A stretch of DNA of 64,000 nt, from contig OZ038378.1 of NCBI GenBank assembly GCA_964036045.1, forward strand, positions 155,434,001 to 155,498,000, read 5' to 3'. This stretch comes from Eutreptiella sp. 'Long Island Sound 2002'. Taxonomy: Eukaryota > Protista > Euglenida. Positions within the stretch are counted from its first letter, which is position 1; each line of letters begins with the position of its first letter. The translations under genes and the position numbers were made by a program. The notes below the pieces were generated by a model. That model made no database searches. It was not told where the DNA came from and worked only from the letters and a program-made list of their open reading frames with translations. Below are positions 1 to 10,465 of this stretch, one piece after another.

Positions 1-202
1 CCGGTCTACCCACGCCCTTCATCACTTTCCCACAGGCGCAAGTATGGTCCTGCTTGTCGGCCGGCTTCTCCGTGTGACCCTTGTGCTTCGCACTTGATAG
101 ATGAGCTGCAATACTATCATCTGTGACTTGCTTGAGCACTAGTCCACAGGCACATGGGTAGGACTCGTGGACTCGGGTATGGGTGGTACTGCGGTTCCGC
201 AT
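1..202 (-). CDS. Partial ORF with tandem C2H2 (CxC...H-x5-H, U1/matrin-like) zinc fingers, running off the left edge
   Basis: Hand translation from ATG at 202: MRNRSTTHTRVHESYPCACGLVLKQVTDDSIAAHLSSAKHKGHTEKPADKQDHTCACGKVMKGVGRP, open to position 1. One complete CxC..H..H finger and the start of a second. Absent from the ORF track because no stop lies in the window. Confidence 0.5.
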   Translation of the reverse strand, partial: MRNRSTTHTRVHESYPCACGLVLKQVTDDSIAAHLSSAKHKGHTEKPADKQDHTCACGKVMKGVGRP

Positions 203-735
203 TGACTTGAAGCTCCCTATTGTTTTTACATCAAATGGGCTTTACGAGTTCAGTGCCATGACCCCGAAGGGCAAGTGTACGAAATACAGAAAACAGGTTT
301 CGGCAAGGGCAGCCAGGGTAACCATACGGGGTGCAGCTCATGGCTGCCCCCCCCCAGGGTGTCCCCAAGGGGATACACGGTCGGACATTTGGTGAAACCC
401 AGTATGCAAGTAGCAAAACCTAGTAAAATGTAGCAAAACCTAGTAAAAATTTTTTTTTAAAATTTTTTTTTTACTAGGGAAAAAAAGCAAAAATTTTAAA
501 AAATTTTCCCTTACTAGGTTACTAGGTAGTGACAAATTTGGACTTGAATTTGAACAAAAAAAACAAAGTTTATGGGGGGGGGGGCAACGGTAGGTGGTAT
601 TTATGTTTAAGGGCATGGTGCCCCCTGGTCTATTCCAGGCCACTTGTGTAAGTGGCGCCCCACCCGGGCCAAACCGTGTATTGCAAGGTCAGCAAAAATA
701 AAATGAGGCTCAAGAAAAGAAGGAGCTTTTATATC

Positions 736-740
<5 letters not shown>

Positions 741-770
<30 letters not shown>
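741..770. repeat. (TA)15 microsatellite
   Basis: Direct reading; lies just 3' of the protease ORF stop on the minus strand. Confidence 0.95.
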
Positions 771-776
<6 letters not shown>

Positions 777-797
777 TGAGGTGCACACACGTGTGCT

Positions 798-2201
798 TTA
801 TATGAAATCGCAAAACACGCGCTTGTAGATGAGGTCCGACTTCTTATCTTTGTAGGTGGGTTGTGCAGAGGGAGGGTTTTGCTTGCACATGTTGCGAAGC
901 ACGCCCGTGGTCTTTTCTTCCAACTCTTTGATTAGATTTTTGTCATACTCCAATTTCCCAGAGGCATCTTTGGGGTAATGCTCTGGAACAAAAAATTCTT
1001 CACCACGGATCACCACCTTTGGACGGACCTCATCTACAGAAGGCGGCTTGTCAACCACAAGCCGGTCACCCAAGGCGAATGCCAACACAATGCATGCCAG
1101 TGTGGCAGTAAATTGCACTCTCCATTTGCGCAATGCCACACATATCTCCGTGGAACAGAAACCGGAAGCATGCAGGGCACACTGATAAACTCCACATTCA
1201 GGGCACGTGATGTGGGCTGTCTCGTCGCAAAAAAAGCACGACGAACGGCTGGGTGAACAATAGGGCGTAGCATACATCCGTGCCAAGGCCCAACTGGGTG
1301 TGGTCTCAATAGGGGGGGCATGCGGAGAATTGCGATAGTGCAAAGCTGCCTGTGCAATCTCACGCAACAACCACAATCTGTCTTGTGGAAGTTGGATGCT
1401 ACCGTTGACAACACGCCTAGACAAAAGGCAATGTAGCATCAGAAGGCAGGCAGGATGGCAGCTCACACCGTCGTCCTGATGTAGGAAGGTGGAGTAGAGG
1501 GGGGCTATAGCAAAAGCTACACTGCCGAACTCACCCAAAAACTTGTCCCACCTCTTCTGCGCCCTTGCCTTAATGCCCTCTTGTTCGGCAATGAGGTTCA
1601 CTATTGCCAACTCCTCGGTGTTTGCACCCGCTATGTACGGCTTGTAACACAGCGGATCGAACACGAGGCACAAGAAAGTACGTGTTGGGGAAACCAACAA
1701 CAAGCGCAGCACCCAATGTGAATTGCGCTTATTATAAATCTGCGCCACGAGCAAGGGGGGCGCATAGATCATATCAATGGACGCTGCTTTCAAAGTACGC
1801 AGCGCCCATGACTCAGCCAACACCTCCCTACGACCCAACGGCAAAGCTAACACATTCCACAATGAGTCACGCACAACCCACGCCACACCCATAACATCCC
1901 AGTCCGCACTCAAAGCTGTCCGAGCGAACCACCAGTAATACACAACAATCTCGGCGGTATCTGTGACGTAAGATTTTGAGTAAACATCCCTCAAATGGCG
2001 TGCCTCCAGCTTATATTGTTGAGACCCAGAACTTGGAATGATCACGTCAAGTGGTCGTTCCCATTCGTCATGGAGCAATGACTCAACATGCTGCAATTGG
2101 GCAGTAGGGCCGCCTGGGCCATTAGTCAGGGCATGCCGCCTCGGGGATCCCCTCCGCTTCAGAGCGGGGGGCTGAATCAGAAGTGGCCCACTTGTGGGCA
2201 A
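798..2201 (-). CDS. Ulp1-like (peptidase C48, SUMO/ubiquitin-like) cysteine protease followed by a C-x2-C/C-x2-C/C-x2-H zinc finger; true start uncertain
   Basis: 467-codon intronless frame. Catalytic motifs in C48 order: YVTDTAEIVVYY (WLNDEVIN-like), NSHWVL (H162), VFDPL (D182), HQDDGVSC (Q242, C248). Then CFFC-x7-CPEC-x4-CALH-x4-C. The track start is TTG inside the 85-bp array; the first ATG is at codon 104. Confidence 0.75.
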   Translation of the reverse strand: MPTSGPLLIQPPALKRRGSPRRHALTNGPGGPTAQLQHVESLLHDEWERPLDVIIPSSGSQQYKLEARHLRDVYSKSYVTDTAEIVVYYWWFARTALSADWDVMGVAWVVRDSLWNVLALPLGRREVLAESWALRTLKAASIDMIYAPPLLVAQIYNKRNSHWVLRLLLVSPTRTFLCLVFDPLCYKPYIAGANTEELAIVNLIAEQEGIKARAQKRWDKFLGEFGSVAFAIAPLYSTFLHQDDGVSCHPACLLMLHCLLSRRVVNGSIQLPQDRLWLLREIAQAALHYRNSPHAPPIETTPSWALARMYATPYCSPSRSSCFFCDETAHITCPECGVYQCALHASGFCSTEICVALRKWRVQFTATLACIVLAFALGDRLVVDKPPSVDEVRPKVVIRGEEFFVPEHYPKDASGKLEYDKNLIKELEEKTTGVLRNMCKQNPPSAQPTYKDKKSDLIYKRVFCDFI

Positions 2202-3226
2202 GGTGGCTACTTAACCCCTGCCGCCTCGGGGATCCCCTCCGCTTCAGAGCGGGGGGCAGAATCAGAAGTGGCCCACGTGTGGGCAAGGTGGCTACTTAAC
2301 CCCTGCCGGCTCGGGGATCCCCTCCGCTTCAGAGCGGGGGGCAGAATCAGAAGTGGCCCACTTGTGGGCAAGGTGGCTACTTAACCCCTGCCGCCTCGGG
2401 GATCCCCACCGCTTCAGAGCGGGGGGCAGAATCAGAAGTGGCCCATGAATGGGCAAGGTGGCTACTTAACCCCTGCCGCCTCGGGGATCCCCACCGCTTC
2501 AGAGCGGGGGGCAGAATCGGAAGTGGCCCAGTTGTGGGCAAGGTGGCTACTTAACCCCTGCCGCCTGGGGGATCCCCACCGCTTCAGAGCGGGGGGCAGA
2601 ATCAGAAGTGGCCCACGTGTGGGCAAGGTGGCTACTTAACCCCTGCCGCCTCGGGGATCCCCACCGCTTCAGAGCGGGGGGCAGAATCAGAAGTGGTCCA
2701 CTTGTGGGCAAGGTGGCTACTTAACCCCTGCCGCCTCGGGGATCCCCACCGCTTCAGAGCGGGGGGCAGAATCAGAAGTGGCCCACAAGTGGGCAAGGTG
2801 GCTACTTAACCCCTGCCGCCTCGGGGATCCCCTCCGCTTCAGAGCGGGGGGCAGAATCAGAAGTGGCCCACGTGTGGGCAAGGTGGCTACTTAACCCCTG
2901 CCGCCTCGGGGATCCCCTCCGCTTCAGAGCGGGGGGCAGAATCAGAAGTGGTCCACTTGTGGGCAAGGTGGCTACTTAACCCCTGCCGCCTCGGGGATCC
3001 CCACCGCTTCAGAGCGGGGGGCAGAATCAGAAGTGGCCCAGTTGTGGGCAAGGTGGCTACTTAACCCCTGCCGCCTCGGGGATCCCCACCGCTTCAGAGC
3101 GGGGGGCAGAATCAGAAGTGGCCCACGTGTGGGCAAGGTGGCTACTTAACCCCTGCCGCCTCGGGGATCCCCACCGCTTCAGAGCGGGGGGGAGAATCAG
3201 AAGTGGCCCACTTGTGGGCAAGGTGG
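2134..3226. repeat. 85-bp tandem array, ~13 copies, each unit multiply palindromic
   Basis: Unit CCCCTGCCGCCTCGGGGATCCCCTCCGCTTCAGAGCGGGGGGCAGAATCAGAAGTGGCCCACTTGTGGGCAAGGTGGCTACTTAA; period measured 2134 to 2219. Confidence 0.97.
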
Positions 3227-3236
3227 TAACCCAGTA

Positions 3237-3470
3237 ACCTAGTAAAAAAAAAAACTTTTGTTTTCACTAGGTTCTGAAACCTAGTAAAAACAAAAACTTT
3301 TTTTTAACTAGGTTCCGAAACCTAGTAAAAGCAAAAACTTTTTTTTTACTAGGTTTTGAAACCTAGTAAAAAAATACCTTTTTTTTTTACTAGGTTCCCA
3401 ATACCTAGTAGAAAACCAGTGAACCTAGTAAACTGTTACCTAGTAAAAAATTTTTTTTACTAGGTTTCAC
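3237..3470. repeat. Subterminal ~41-bp palindromic repeats (ACCTAGTAAAA...TTTTACTAGGTT) x4-5
   Basis: Units start near 3237, 3279, 3320, 3361 and 3438; the same half-sites occur at 418-530 at the other end of the element. Confidence 0.9.
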
Positions 3471-4904
3471 TACAGACCCTACACGGTCCGTCTAATGGGA
3501 TTTTCCCCTTGTTCGGATCCCAGTGTGCCTTATGGCGTTTTGAGAGTGGCTGCAGTGGGTCGCACTCCTCCCTGGGTTGTTGTTGTTTTTTGGTGTTCCG
3601 GCGCTAGGCGTGTAACAGCCCCCGAGAAGCACTGCGATCACAGGGCGCACATGGACATTGGGTCCAGAACTATGTACAGTCTCCATCTTGTGACCTGCAG
3701 CTTCACATGGGAAAAGTGTGTCCCCAAGAGGGACACCACAGGAGGCAAGACTTGGGTGCAGACTGTCCAATCGATGTAGCCGCAGCCACCACGACCCTGC
3801 TTCAGAAACCTCCCTGGGCTGTCCCCTTTCTCATTTCCACCAAAGTCCGCGATAAAACACCTGCACCCAAAATTCACGCTTCACCCAACTTAACCTAAAC
3901 TAACAATTTCAAAGGTGGAACACTTGTTGTTTGTACTTTTCAACAAATTTGGACATCGATCGGCCGCAAAGAGACACCATTGGCACCAAGACATGCAGAC
4001 ACTTTTGACCTAACACCGTGCAACAACACCGTGCAACGAAGCATCACAGCGACCAAATGCACTTATGGCCAATTAATGGTAGGTTGTTTTGCATCTGTAT
4101 CCAAATTACATATTGTGCAAGAAATTGCTGAATGGGGTGAGACAAGCCAAAGCAGTCAAGGTGGTTATACAAGTACGGGTTGGATTGGAACATACACACA
4201 CACATGCGGGCAGAGAGGTCGACTTCTCTGAAACAGCCATGTGGCGCGGTTGCAGCATGGCATGATACACCATCCCTTACTCAAGACCACACACAGACAC
4301 ATAGAAATATACGCATATATAATATGCATGCATATACTCCCGCGCAAGCAACGGTATCTGACCAGACATGGACGGAACCAACACCTAGTGTTGCTTAGAC
4401 TAGGGCGTTGCTTACGCACTGCACTGTGCATGGTACACATGCACACAATCCTCAGGGGGTTTGAAGCTGAGACAGTGGCGGGTGGACAAATGGAACAAAA
4501 CAGGCATAAACAATGATCATTGCCGACCCAGAAACCGGAACATACAGTTTGAAAACAATGCACACCATGGGTTCACAGGCTCCGAAATGAAGCCTTGTTA
4601 AGTTAAGCTATAGCACATTGTGAACTACTAGACCTGCTTCTTCTTCTTGCTCTTTGGATCACCCTTTGATGGAGGTTTGGGTGCAGGTTGTGGGGCTGGT
4701 CTTGGGACAGCAATGTGCAGAGGAATGCAAGCATCGTCCCTCGTCCTGCGCTGCTTGCTGCCCACCTTTTCACAATTGACCTCCATAGGGTTTGGGGCTA
4801 GCAGTGATGAGGTTGCATCCACAGGGGGCACCTCCTTCCAATAACACCCCAACCAAATTTATTGGAGGCAGGTGGCAGCTTCTTCACAAAAGGTGGCGGT
4901 TTGG

Positions 4905-5130
4905 GTTCAGCAGTCGATTTTTTTTTGCTCAGACTTACGTAAGTGCTCGGTCAGACAGACCGGTTCTGTGTGGCAGGTTATGACCCCGTGTGGAGACTCC
5001 ACATGCCGTCAAAGACGGTGGGGCGTATATTTGAACCTTGAAAACTGTCACTAGCGGATGCAGTGGGATGCGGCTGCCACGCCCTGACGGCCTCCCATGA
5101 AGATCAACCCTGAAATGAGAAACAAGAATT
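4905..5130 (+). pseudogene. Decayed coding relic homologous to 30520-30760 of the tandem unit
   Basis: Shared TTTTTTTGCTCAGACT, GTAAGTGCTCGGYCAGAC, CGTATATTTGAA and AAATGAGAAA in the same order; both translate to FFAQT..VSAR and PC..W..VYL.L with stops. Confidence 0.65.
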
Positions 5131-6733
5131 GATGAAATGAAAGACCTGAGATATGGAGCATCCTGTACGAGTATGAGAAATGATGACTGGGCAGCACACG
5201 GGGGTGACCGAGGCCCCTCCCTGTCTACCGGTATCTCGTTCTTTTGAGTGCCTTGTGCAGTATCATGTCGGTCTGTCTGGTGCGTTTCATTCCTCTATGG
5301 AGGCTCAATTTATCTGTGAAAAAATAGAAAAGGTCTTGTTTGCACTCCCAATGTATTTGGATGCACTGCTGAATTTGTTGGTGCCATTTCCTGATGCGCG
5401 CTGCTGTGTATGTCTGTGTTGTGGCTGTGGCCGTGTGCTTGTATAAGGTTTCAAGCATTTCTGCGTGTCCCTTGACCCATGGTTGTCTTTGGTGTAGTAG
5501 CCATTTCCCGCGTGCGTGCCAATGCATCATCTGTTTGGGTGGTGAACCTTTAACCAATGTAGTAAAAAGGCGGCGGTGGTGACTCCTGTGCCTGGTGTAT
5601 ATGCGGGTCTGTCGTTTGACAAGTCAGGTAACGTTACGGTGAACACATCCATGGTAATGTCGGTCTTGCAGCAGTGCGTTGGCAAGGCATCGCCTCGTCT
5701 CAAAGACGTTGGTGAGTTCAGCGCTGACATGTGCAGGCAAGGGTAGATTATCAGGCATATGACCAAGATATCGTTCTAGCATGCGTTGCGAGTCATCAGT
5801 TCCTGCGGGTAATGTGCTCAAGAAACGAATGGCTTCCACTTTTGTGGTGTGGGACAGAGGCTTTGTGACTAGCATTTGCACGTGGCACTTCACTTGTTGT
5901 GCAGGGGGTTGTGGCTTAGCTCCCTTTTTGTGCTTTGGGGCTTTGTACAGACATTGCTCGCACAGGTTCTTCCTTGAGGGATTGGGGCTGACGTGGCGGG
6001 TTCTTGGTTTGGAGAACCACGGCGTTTCCTGCTCACCAGACACCTGTTCAGTTTCTGTGGCTTCCCTTGGACCTGGTGCCGGTCACACAGACTCAAAAAC
6101 CACTGAACAAACACTTGGGTAGGTCCACCAATGAGGGCGTCTTTGTTTTTTGAAACACAAGTCCAAAGTCCATGAATACTCAGTCCATCAGGAGGCCAAC
6201 CCTATGTACAAACGTATGTACCCACGTCCCAAGTCAAATGGTCAGGGGGGCCAGCACAGAAAAGGGAAGGTAGACGGGAACTTGAAGTGCAAAATCCCCG
6301 GGGATTATGGCTGGTGTAAGGGGGTCGTGACGCACGTTGGTTGAAGCCAGAGGGAGACCAAATGTGGGGCTGAGACATATTTCTGAAAAGAAAATGGGGA
6401 CATGCAAACTGCGCACGCATCGAAAGAGCGAGAAGAGGGGTCATGCTGAGGGGTGGCATGCCACAACCAGAAAAGGAAGGGCCCACCTGCCAAAATAGAA
6501 AAAGGCAAGCGACCAGTCATTTCGGCTCCTGTGGGGAGGTGGGGGGGAGGAGAGTGGAAGGGGCAATGATGGCAGGGGAGGAAAAAAAGAGGTACCGGGA
6601 ATGAGGATGGGCGTAAGCCCGTGCAGGGCTGCCGTCCTATGGGCCCGCGGAAGGGATTGAGAAAACTGCAGTGGGGAGCACACAAGACTCAGAGAATCAA
6701 TCAGAGTGATCAACAGGAATCGTCTGCGAAAAG

Positions 6734-7832
6734 GGCGGGAAGAAAATTACTCTGCGGGGGGGGGGGGATGACACAGAGGCCCATTTTCCCAACCCGCCCC
6801 CCCTCCTTGGCCGCCGTGACGGGAGGGGGGGTTCAGGGCGGGGTGTCCGACCTGCTGTGCCGGGGGGGGGGGGGTCAACCCAACATCTATGGCTCAAAAT
6901 GATACCCACGTCGCGCTGATCATTTTGACTACTCAAATGTGGGGGAGGAAATTATTGGTGGAAAAAACTTTTTCGGGCCAAAATGTGTGCTCCTGCACCT
7001 TCGGCGCCAACATCCGTTCTTAGAGGGAAACATACGCACCGCGCGCAGCGCGTTGTGCACCGCGCGTGCGTTTCTACCAACCCTTTCCTGCATTTTTCAC
7101 ATTTTTTCAGGGTGGCAAGGACGCGGTGGCCTAAGGGGTAAGCACACAACAACGGAGGCCTCCACTCCATCCTCCTCACCAATGGTGGTTGTGGCCGCCC
7201 ACACCCCCTGCCAGGGGAGGGCCGTAGGAAGAGGAAGAAGAGGATGTAGAACTCTCCGGTACGGCCGCTCGACCGAAGAGCCTAGTGACAAAAACCAAAT
7301 GAAAAAAACACTTTCAGGTCTGCACAACGGGAAGAACAAGAGGAGGAACCAGATGGAAAATAAACCTTTCAGATCTGCACAAGGGGAAGAACAAGGTGAC
7401 TAACAGTGGACGCACAGACTCGCTACGAAAAACGCGCGTACTTCAGCGGAAAACGTTTTGTGCCTCTGATTTTTCATTTGTTCTCTATAGAGGGAGGGGC
7501 GAGGCACCCGTGGCAATTGTCCGCCATCGCGACAGCCATCGCAACCTGGCTTGGCGCCCTATCCCGCAGCCACGGCACACGGGCTCACCACAAGGGAGGG
7601 GCAAATAGTGGTGAGGTGCAGAAAACAGCACAAGGGGAAAGAAAAGGTTGTACGCGCACGTGGAAAACGAACGCACCGCGCGCGCACCGCGTGGTGCACC
7701 GCGCGCACCGCGCGTACGTCTCCCACTTACATAAAACAAAGGGCCCGACACGGAATCCCATTTCTCCAACCCCCCCCCCTTCGGCGGGCGTCCATGTCAC
7801 CCCCCCCCCGGCAGAGCAATTTTCAGGTCGCC
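6734..7832. mobile_element. ~1.1-kb non-autonomous TIR element (MITE-like)
   Basis: GAAAATTACTCTGC(G)nATGACAC at 6742-6774 is the inverted counterpart of ATGTCA(C)nGGCAGAGCAATTTTC ending at 7824. Outer GGCG/CGCC at 6734/7832 are flanked by AAG on both sides (possible 3-bp TSD). GCACCGCGCG motif clusters at 7036-7070 and 7670-7715. Confidence 0.6.
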
Positions 7833-8449
7833 AAGTCCTGCATATGCACAGGGCCCTGATGGCAAAACCAGAGTTAAATTGGGTGGCAGTGGACCAGGCG
7901 ACGAAATCCGATGTGTTTCTGGTAGACACCCTAAGCAGAACTCGCACTCAGCTTGGGTCGGCCACAGCCTGAAGGTGGCAGTAACGGAGAGCCGACCTGA
8001 GAAGCAAAGGGACATGAGCACGGAGGAGCGGAGGGCATACAAAGCAAAACGGAGGTGGGAGGGTTCAGCACTCAAGGGATTGGGGTTTGGTCGCCAATGA
8101 GCGCTGAACTTCTAGGTCCCAGTATGCCTGCTGTACTGGTGCCTGATGCCGAGGCTACAGCCCCTTACACCCAAGATGTAGCCGTTCCCTTTCCGGAGAG
8201 AAGTGCGACCCCAAGAGGATACCATTGAGTTCTACTTTATATGAGTTTGGGAGACCTAGTAGCCTACACATAGCGATGCAACCATCTCGGAGAATGGCAG
8301 AAGCTCCAGTTATAGGGGGGTTCCCAGACTTGCTTCCATCTGTGATTGCTCCCTCGGGTCTATGCTCAGAGGGAATGAGATACACATTGGGTCCCGCAAC
8401 AGATACCACCGAGGTCGCCTGTGTCATTACTTTCTGGGCCTCCCACGTC

Positions 8450-8770
8450 CCACCAAACTGTCGGGGGTGGAGGAGGGGGGTGACCAGGGGGTATAACTTC
8501 GAGTAAATCCAGCACATGAACAGGCGGCAGATCGAATTGCTCATGGCAATGGGTCTCCACCTGTCTGGCTCCTGCCACTGGCCTTTGCCCTTCAACAGGC
8601 AAAAGGTCTCGGAGGTCAGCCAGTCGTCCGGAATGGATCCCCAGTCGTAACACATGGTCAGGTGTTCATGGACGCGGGAAAAGATGTCATCAGGGAGGGA
8701 AGCAAGAAGATAAGGGGGGTACGCCGTCAGGGCCAGGGGATTTTTTGCGAGACGCCTTAGCCAAGCGGTA
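8450..8770 (-). pseudogene. Non-LTR retrotransposon reverse-transcriptase fragment (domains ~1-2)
   Basis: IPDDWLTSETFCLLKGKGQWQEPDRWRPIAMSNSICRLF...LLHPRQFGG matches the LINE RT consensus P..W......L.K......RPI.L.N..YK.F...QFGF; truncated after QFGG. Confidence 0.85.
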
Positions 8771-9494
8771 AAGCTCCAAAAAAGTGGGGGTAGGGACATC
8801 CGGCATCCTATCGTGCCACGGGATGATGTCCAAGGCGTTTTGCAAACCAAAATGTGTTCCGCTGGAGAATACCCTAATTTTTTCTGGTTGGTACGGGGTG
8901 GGTAGATTGGGCCGGGGGGGCCAGCCGTGTATGTTTCACCCCACGGTACCCTTGGTCCGGCGCTCAGCTTGACGTGCAATCTGGCGGACTACAGATGCCC
9001 AGTCGCTCATGTCCTTATCTGATTTGGGGGGAACCTGTTTTTCGGTGTTGACTTCTCTCGTTGCCGTTAGCATACAAGAGCTGAGACAGCCATAGACTGT
9101 AGAGACATTGAACACCGAGGTAGTCGGCTGGATGTCTGTCAGCCAACGTCCCTGCAATTCCACGAGGCACACCGGCCTTCAGGGATGTGCGGCTGTGACC
9201 ATGGCACAGTGCAAACTAGGATTGTGGTCCTGTATTCCATGGACCCGGGAAAAATCTAGAACTGCGGCACTGGAAGTACCATGAGTCATACACCAGAGTC
9301 CGGCGTTACGGTGGCACCAGAAGCTATATTGATCGTGCCTATGGGTCCAGATGTTTCAACTCCATGTTCAACACCTCCAGTGCCACCAATGAGGGCATCT
9401 TCGATGAGGCTCCCCCGCAGGAACACAACTCCTGCATGTATGCTTGGGTAACTGACACGTGTACCCCACCCCCCCTTGTGTAAGCTATGCAAAA

Positions 9495-9780
9495 GTCCCA
9501 AATTAATACGGTCCCTACGCCTACTGTAGCTTGGACAAGGCCGTAGCTTACGCGCAACACATACAACTACTGACACACACGAGTGACAAGAAAGGGGAAT
9601 ATAACAAATATAAATGTAACAAACACTCACAACAAATGTGTCAATGACTCTATCTAACTGGCAAATTTGTCCCCAAACCCCTGTCTTATGTGGCTGCACT
9701 ACATTTGGTACCGAATTAAATTAGGTCCCAAATTAATATGGTCCCTACGCCCGCTGTAGCTTAGACAAGGCCGTAGCTTA
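9495..9780. repeat. 56-bp direct repeat pair (9495-9550 and 9725-9780)
   Basis: GTCCCAAATTAATAYGGTCCCTACGCCYRCTGTAGCTTRGACAAGGCCGTAGCTTA in both copies; the GCTTAGACAAG..CGT.GCTTA core recurs near 9943 and 4393. Confidence 0.9.
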
Positions 9781-9782
9781 TA

Positions 9783-9893
9783 CAAGGGGGGGGGGGGGCA
9801 CAACGGAGGCTGCCCATCTCCGTGAACGTCTCCTTGTAGCGTTCCTGGCCGTACATTTTACGGCGCTCCCGCTGTACCCCCCCCCCCCCCTTG
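9783..9893. mobile_element. 111-bp mini-element with poly-G/poly-C inverted termini
   Basis: CAA(G)13CACA at 9783-9802 vs TGTA(C)14TTG at 9873-9893; it interrupts the GCTTA-CGCGCAA junction that is intact in the first direct-repeat copy (9546-9557). Confidence 0.55.
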
Positions 9894-10465
9894 CGCAAGC
9901 ACGCTGAAAATCAGGAAAACGACGGTCAGACGGGGTCCCGTGCTTAGACAAGCCCGTGCTTATGCGCGACGCGCAGTACCAAAAGAACGTACGTACAAAA
10001 CGTATGTGGATATTTTCGGTCCACGGCTGCATGGCCCACTCACATGCAAACGACGCTACACACACCAGCCACACAGCCAAGCAGGCAAGAAGGCACCCAG
10101 CGAAGGGAAGAACGGGTGAGTGTCGTGGGGCCGGTAAACACACCATCGTAGGACGAAATGTCACACAGGGGGTCACTAGAGACCCGAAAAGGTGTGAGGG
10201 GCCCCAAGAGTGGAAGCATGCTGCGTCCGCAAGAACAGTTCTGGCCAGAGAGGCAGCAAAATGTGTATGACGGGTAGCTTAGGAGGGAGGGAGGAACAAG
10301 GGAACTGGGCTTCTTCCCTGTGGTTGGAGAGCTGGAGCACCCTGCACCCTCTGCACCCTCTGCACAGAGGGTGGCCACGGTTATCACATCCTGTACACTG
10401 CGCTCACTGTACTCAGGGTGGCCTCAGCAATCATAGATCACCCCCTGCATCCTCTGGCAACTCCT

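Larger units (their letters stand above)
383..3479. mobile_element. Non-autonomous Mutator-like (MULE-type) DNA element carrying a protease ORF
   Basis: Perfect 9-bp direct repeat TACACGGTC at 374-382 and 3480-3488. Imperfect 22-bp TIR: GGACATTTGGTGAAACCCAGTA (383-404) vs reverse complement of 3458-3479 GGGTCTGTAGTGAAACCTAGTA (16/22). ACCTAGTAAAA/TTTTACTAGG motifs cluster at both ends. A 9-bp TSD with G-initiated TIRs is the Mutator pattern. No DDE transposase seen. Confidence 0.75.

Noticed and set aside
2134-3226. CRISPR-like appearance of the palindromic 85-bp array
   Set aside because: Units are contiguous with no unique spacers; there are no cas genes; the context is eukaryotic.
5781-6122. 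VVWDRGFVTS as a DDE transposase motif
   Set aside because: Single short motif with no other catalytic residues recognisable.
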